Below, piece after piece: positions 61,090 through 64,000 of a stretch of DNA of 64,000 nt. Numbering within the stretch: the stretch's first letter is position 1; each line of letters begins with the position of its first letter. Source of the stretch: Thermoplasmata archaeon (lineage in GTDB: Archaea; Thermoplasmatota; Thermoplasmata; Lutacidiplasmatales; UBA184); the NCBI GenBank assembly GCA_022750435.1, contig JAKIVS010000001.1, positions 286,895 through 350,894 of the forward strand, written 5' to 3'. Below the pieces are notes generated by a model. That model had not been told where the DNA came from. It did no database searches and was given only the letters and a program-made list of their open reading frames with translations. Position numbers and translations under genes: made by a program.

Positions 61090-62298
61090 GTGACCGAGCT
61101 TCCGCCCGGGCGCCGGGGGGTCCCCTCCGGGGCCCTCTTCATCGTGCGGATCGTCTACGCGTTCAACTGGTACAACATCGGGGCCGTCCTGCCCCTCATC
61201 GGGGTCTCCCTGGCCGCGTCCCCCTCCGAGCTCGCCGTCGTCCTCGGGGCCTTCCTCCTCGGCGTCGGCGTCTTCCAGATCCCGGCCGGTCTCGCCGCGG
61301 TCCGTTGGGGTTCCCGACGAGTCTCCCTCGCCGGCGTGGCCGTCTTCGGCCTCGCGGGGATCGCCTCCGCCTTCTCGCCGACGTGGCCGGACCTCGCCGC
61401 GATCCGATTCCTCGGCGGCGTCGGCGCGGCGTTCTTCTTCTCCCCGGCCCTCAGCCTCATCGCGTCGTACTTCCCCCCCGGGGAGCGGGGGCCCGTCATC
61501 GGGTTCTACAACGGCGGGTTTTCGATCGGCGGCGCCATTGGCCTCGTCGGTGGGGTGGGCCTCGGCCTCGCGTACGGCTGGCCCGCTGCCTTGGGATTCG
61601 GGGGCATCGCGTTGCTCCTCACGACGGCAGCGGCCTACTTTGTCCTCCCGAAACAGCCGGCCGAAGGGTCCACGAGCGGTGCGGCCGCGGTCTACGCCGC
61701 CGGTCGCTCGGTCCTGCACAGCCGCTCGATCTGGGGGCTCTCGATTGCCCTGACTGGATTCTGGACGGCGATCTACCTCGTGGCCCAGGACTTCGTCGAC
61801 TACGTCCACACGGTCCACACGGCGTGGGGCGTCGGAGTGGCCGGGATCCTGACGGCCGTGGTCGTGGTCTCGGCGTTCCCCGGGGGACCGTTCGGCGGGT
61901 GGATCGCCGAGCGGGGCGCGGACCGCCGGCTCCTCGTGGGCGGGTTCGGCGCCCTGGTGGGCGTACTCGTCCTGCTGATTCCGTTCGCGAACCTCTGGAC
62001 CATCGGTCCCCTGTTCCTCGCCTTGGGCTTCTTCGACGGCGTCGTCTACGCGATCCTGTACCTGATCCCGACCTATCTCCCCGAGACTCAGGGAGAGGGA
62101 CTTGCCCTCGGAGTCGGCGTCGTCAACTCGATTCAAGTCCTGCTCGGGAGCGGCTTCGTGGTCCTCTTCGGGGTGCTCGTGGAGCGGGTCGGATACAACG
62201 GCGCCTGGCTCTACGCCGGAATCCTCAGCCTCGCGCTGCTCCCCGGGTTGCTCTTGGTCGCGCCGAGCCGCGGCTCGGCGACGTCGACAGCACGGTGA
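61090..62298 (+). CDS. MFS transporter
   Basis: About 12 hydrophobic helices, with the MFS loop motif AAVRWGSRRV between TM2 and TM3. Confidence 0.85.
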   Translation: MTELPPGRRGVPSGALFIVRIVYAFNWYNIGAVLPLIGVSLAASPSELAVVLGAFLLGVGVFQIPAGLAAVRWGSRRVSLAGVAVFGLAGIASAFSPTWPDLAAIRFLGGVGAAFFFSPALSLIASYFPPGERGPVIGFYNGGFSIGGAIGLVGGVGLGLAYGWPAALGFGGIALLLTTAAAYFVLPKQPAEGSTSGAAAVYAAGRSVLHSRSIWGLSIALTGFWTAIYLVAQDFVDYVHTVHTAWGVGVAGILTAVVVVSAFPGGPFGGWIAERGADRRLLVGGFGALVGVLVLLIPFANLWTIGPLFLALGFFDGVVYAILYLIPTYLPETQGEGLALGVGVVNSIQVLLGSGFVVLFGVLVERVGYNGAWLYAGILSLALLPGLLLVAPSRGSATSTAR

Positions 62299-63691
62299 CG
62301 AGGTTCGTGGGGGTCCCCTCGAGGGGATACCCGGCCGTGAGGACGATCCGGCCTCCCCTTCGGCGTCCGGGCCGGTGAGCGACGAGATTCTGCGCAAACC
62401 CCCGCATCGCCTCCAGCGTCATGTTCGCGGGGCACGGAAGCGCTTCGACTCCCCACGTCAGGGCCAACCGTCGTCGGGTCTCGACTCCGGCGCAGAGCGC
62501 AAGGATCGGTGCCGAAGGACGGCTCGCCGCCACGAGCCGGGCCGTCCGACCGGACGAGCTGGGAGTGACGATGGCCTCCGCGTGCACGTCGATCGCGAGG
62601 CGGACGGCCGCGTCCGCCACCGACCGATCCGAAGAGGGGGGGAGAACCGAGGGCCGCGCGATCTGGAACTCTCCGGTCGCCACCCCGGCCTCGGTGCTCC
62701 GGCAGATGCGGTCCAGCCACGCCACGGATTCGAGCGGGTACCGCCCGGTCGCGCTCTCTTCGCTCAACATCACGGTGTCGGCGCCGTCGAGGACGGCGTT
62801 GGCGACGTCCGTCGCCTCGGTCCGGGTCGGCCGCGGCGCGGCGACCATGCTGAGGAGCATTTGCGTGGCCACGATCGCCGGTTTCTGCGCCGCGTTCGCC
62901 GCGCCCACCAGGCGCTTCTGCTCCAACGCCAGCCGCTCGAGCGGCACCTCGATGCCGAGGTCGCCCCGTGCGACCATGATTGCGTCGGCGGCTTCGACGA
63001 TCTCTTCCCGCCGGGCGAGCGCTTCCGCCCGCTCGATCTTGGCGATGATGCCGACCTGGGCGCGACCGGACCGGGCGAGCAAGGTCCGGAGAGCGCGCAC
63101 ATCCGAGGCTGCGCGAACGAACGAGAGCGCGACCCAGTCAACGCCCGCATCGACCGCGATGGCGAGGTCGACGAGGTCCTTCTCGCCCAGAATTTCCGCC
63201 CGCAGTCGCGCCCCTGGGAGGAAGACTCCCGCGTGGGACGAAACCGTCCCCCCCGAACCGACGACCGTCGCAATCTGGCTGAGCCCAACCTTCCGGACGG
63301 CCAGCTCCACCGAGCCGTCGCCGAGCAGGAGCCGGTCTCCGATTCGAACCGAGGTGCCGAGGTGGTCGACCGTGACGGACGCCCGATCCGTGGTTCCGGG
63401 GAGGCCGGACGTGTCGAGCACCCATCGCTGCCCCTCCGAGAGCGTAACGGACCCTCCGGCCATCTCGCCCATTCGAATCTTCGGGCCCTGCAAGTCCGCG
63501 ACGAGGGCAATCTCTCGTCCGCTCCGTTCGCCGGCGGCGCGCAACGAACGAAGGGTCGCACGATGTTCGTTGTCGGTCCCATGGGAGAAGTTGATCCGGA
63601 ACGCGTCCACGCCGAGGGCCACCATCCGGTCGAGCACCGCGGGGGCGGCGCTCGCGGGCCCGACGGTCGCCAGAATCTTCGTTCGGCGCAC
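62225..63691 (-). CDS. pyk: Pyruvate kinase
   Basis: GTG 63689-63691 inside ORF 62225..63805. RRTKILATVGPAS, FRINFSHG, IIAKIERAEA, MVARGDLGIE, and QMLLSM. Confidence 0.9.
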   Translation of the reverse strand: MRRTKILATVGPASAAPAVLDRMVALGVDAFRINFSHGTDNEHRATLRSLRAAGERSGREIALVADLQGPKIRMGEMAGGSVTLSEGQRWVLDTSGLPGTTDRASVTVDHLGTSVRIGDRLLLGDGSVELAVRKVGLSQIATVVGSGGTVSSHAGVFLPGARLRAEILGEKDLVDLAIAVDAGVDWVALSFVRAASDVRALRTLLARSGRAQVGIIAKIERAEALARREEIVEAADAIMVARGDLGIEVPLERLALEQKRLVGAANAAQKPAIVATQMLLSMVAAPRPTRTEATDVANAVLDGADTVMLSEESATGRYPLESVAWLDRICRSTEAGVATGEFQIARPSVLPPSSDRSVADAAVRLAIDVHAEAIVTPSSSGRTARLVAASRPSAPILALCAGVETRRRLALTWGVEALPCPANMTLEAMRGFAQNLVAHRPGRRRGGRIVLTAGYPLEGTPTNLVTVLSTSPSRGSARPRATRGAARG

Positions 63692-63783
63692 GTCCCAACA
63701 AGCCCCTGGGGAAGATAGGGCCGTCGCGACTATCCGGGCACGGCCCAGACTCCTTTTGTAAGGGTGGACGGGTCGGCGACCGC

Positions 63784-63856
63784 AGCCCCGTGGTGTAGTG
63801 GCCAAGCATGCTGGCCTTTGGAGCCGGCGACAGCGGTTCGAATCCGCTCGGGGCTA
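63784..63856 (+). tRNA. tRNA-Gln (anticodon UUG), no encoded CCA
   Basis: Hand-folded cloverleaf. Acceptor stem AGCCCCG/CGGGGCT (7 bp). D-arm GTGT/GCAT. Anticodon stem CTGGC/GCCGG with loop CTTTGGA. T-arm AGCGG-TTCGAAT-CCGCT. Discriminator A. Confidence 0.85.
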
Positions 63857-64000
63857 TGGTGCGAATCCGGACGGGGCTATCCCTCTGTGAAGTTCGCGTC
63901 GCGCTGGACGGCCCGACCTTTCGACATGCTGGCAGACTTCGCCCTCCGTCGAGCCGCAGGCCCAACGCTCTTTCCTCGTCTGGCTCCTGATTGGTGGATG

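Noticed and set aside
60112-62397. 761-aa minus-strand ORF antisense to the MBL hydrolase and MFS transporter
   Set aside because: Same artefact class. The plus-strand genes carry HxHxDH and 12 TM helices, while the antisense product is charged low-complexity sequence.
1-64000. CRISPR arrays, cas genes, transposases, integrases, IS inverted repeats, prophage or toxin-antitoxin pairs
   Set aside because: No regularly spaced direct repeats are visible, and no product has recognisable nuclease/Cas, DDE or tyrosine-recombinase motifs. Composition appears uniform, apart from short AT-rich promoter patches. The lone RHH protein has no adjacent small toxin-like ORF.

Overview
Very GC-rich, gene-dense archaeal chromosomal segment. 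No rRNA, CRISPR array, transposase or integrase is visible. All family calls come from hand-read motifs, with no database search, so starts and family names are provisional.

Archaeal hallmark genes are present throughout:
- Ribosome and translation: ribosomal proteins L1, P0/L10, P1/L12, L15e, L44e, S27e and LX, plus aIF2-alpha.
- RNA modification and snoRNP: Nop10, Nop5 and fibrillarin, aTrm56.
- Other core functions: GINS, Pcc1, prefoldin alpha and beta, FtsY, mevalonate kinase, GGPP synthase.

I call about 62 protein genes and one tRNA-Gln(UUG). Many long ORFs in the supplied track are GC-driven artefacts. Several real genes are only the 3' part of a listed ORF, or are under 60 aa and missing from the track (Nop10, S27e, and the true extents of L44e and LX).

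Layout:
- 0.7-14.5 kb: an island of four giant secreted or anchored repeat proteins (YVTN propellers, FN3, a Pmp-repeat/polyglycine protein, a double Kelch propeller).
- 14.7-18.5 kb: a STAND-type ATPase-TPR gene, a tandem ribbon-helix-helix regulator with operator-like repeats, and a PduO-type adenosyltransferase without a canonical start codon.
- 18.5-30.9 kb: the conserved translation/RNA-modification core.
- 31.0-35.6 kb: the most unusual unit, a tightly coupled four-gene operon. It has a HerA/FtsK-type translocase ATPase, one canonical KaiC/RadA-like ATPase and two P-loop-degenerate RecA-fold paralogues. I cannot map it to any described system.
- 35.7-64 kb: housekeeping genes, with several smaller oddities among them:
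  - a divergent GINS/mini-Toprim pair;
  - a P0 protein without the acidic tail;
  - a ThiI-like THUMP protein with a dead PP-loop;
  - MscL fused to a zinc ribbon;
  - leaderless bidirectional promoters;
  - pervasive ATGA/GTGA start-stop overlaps.
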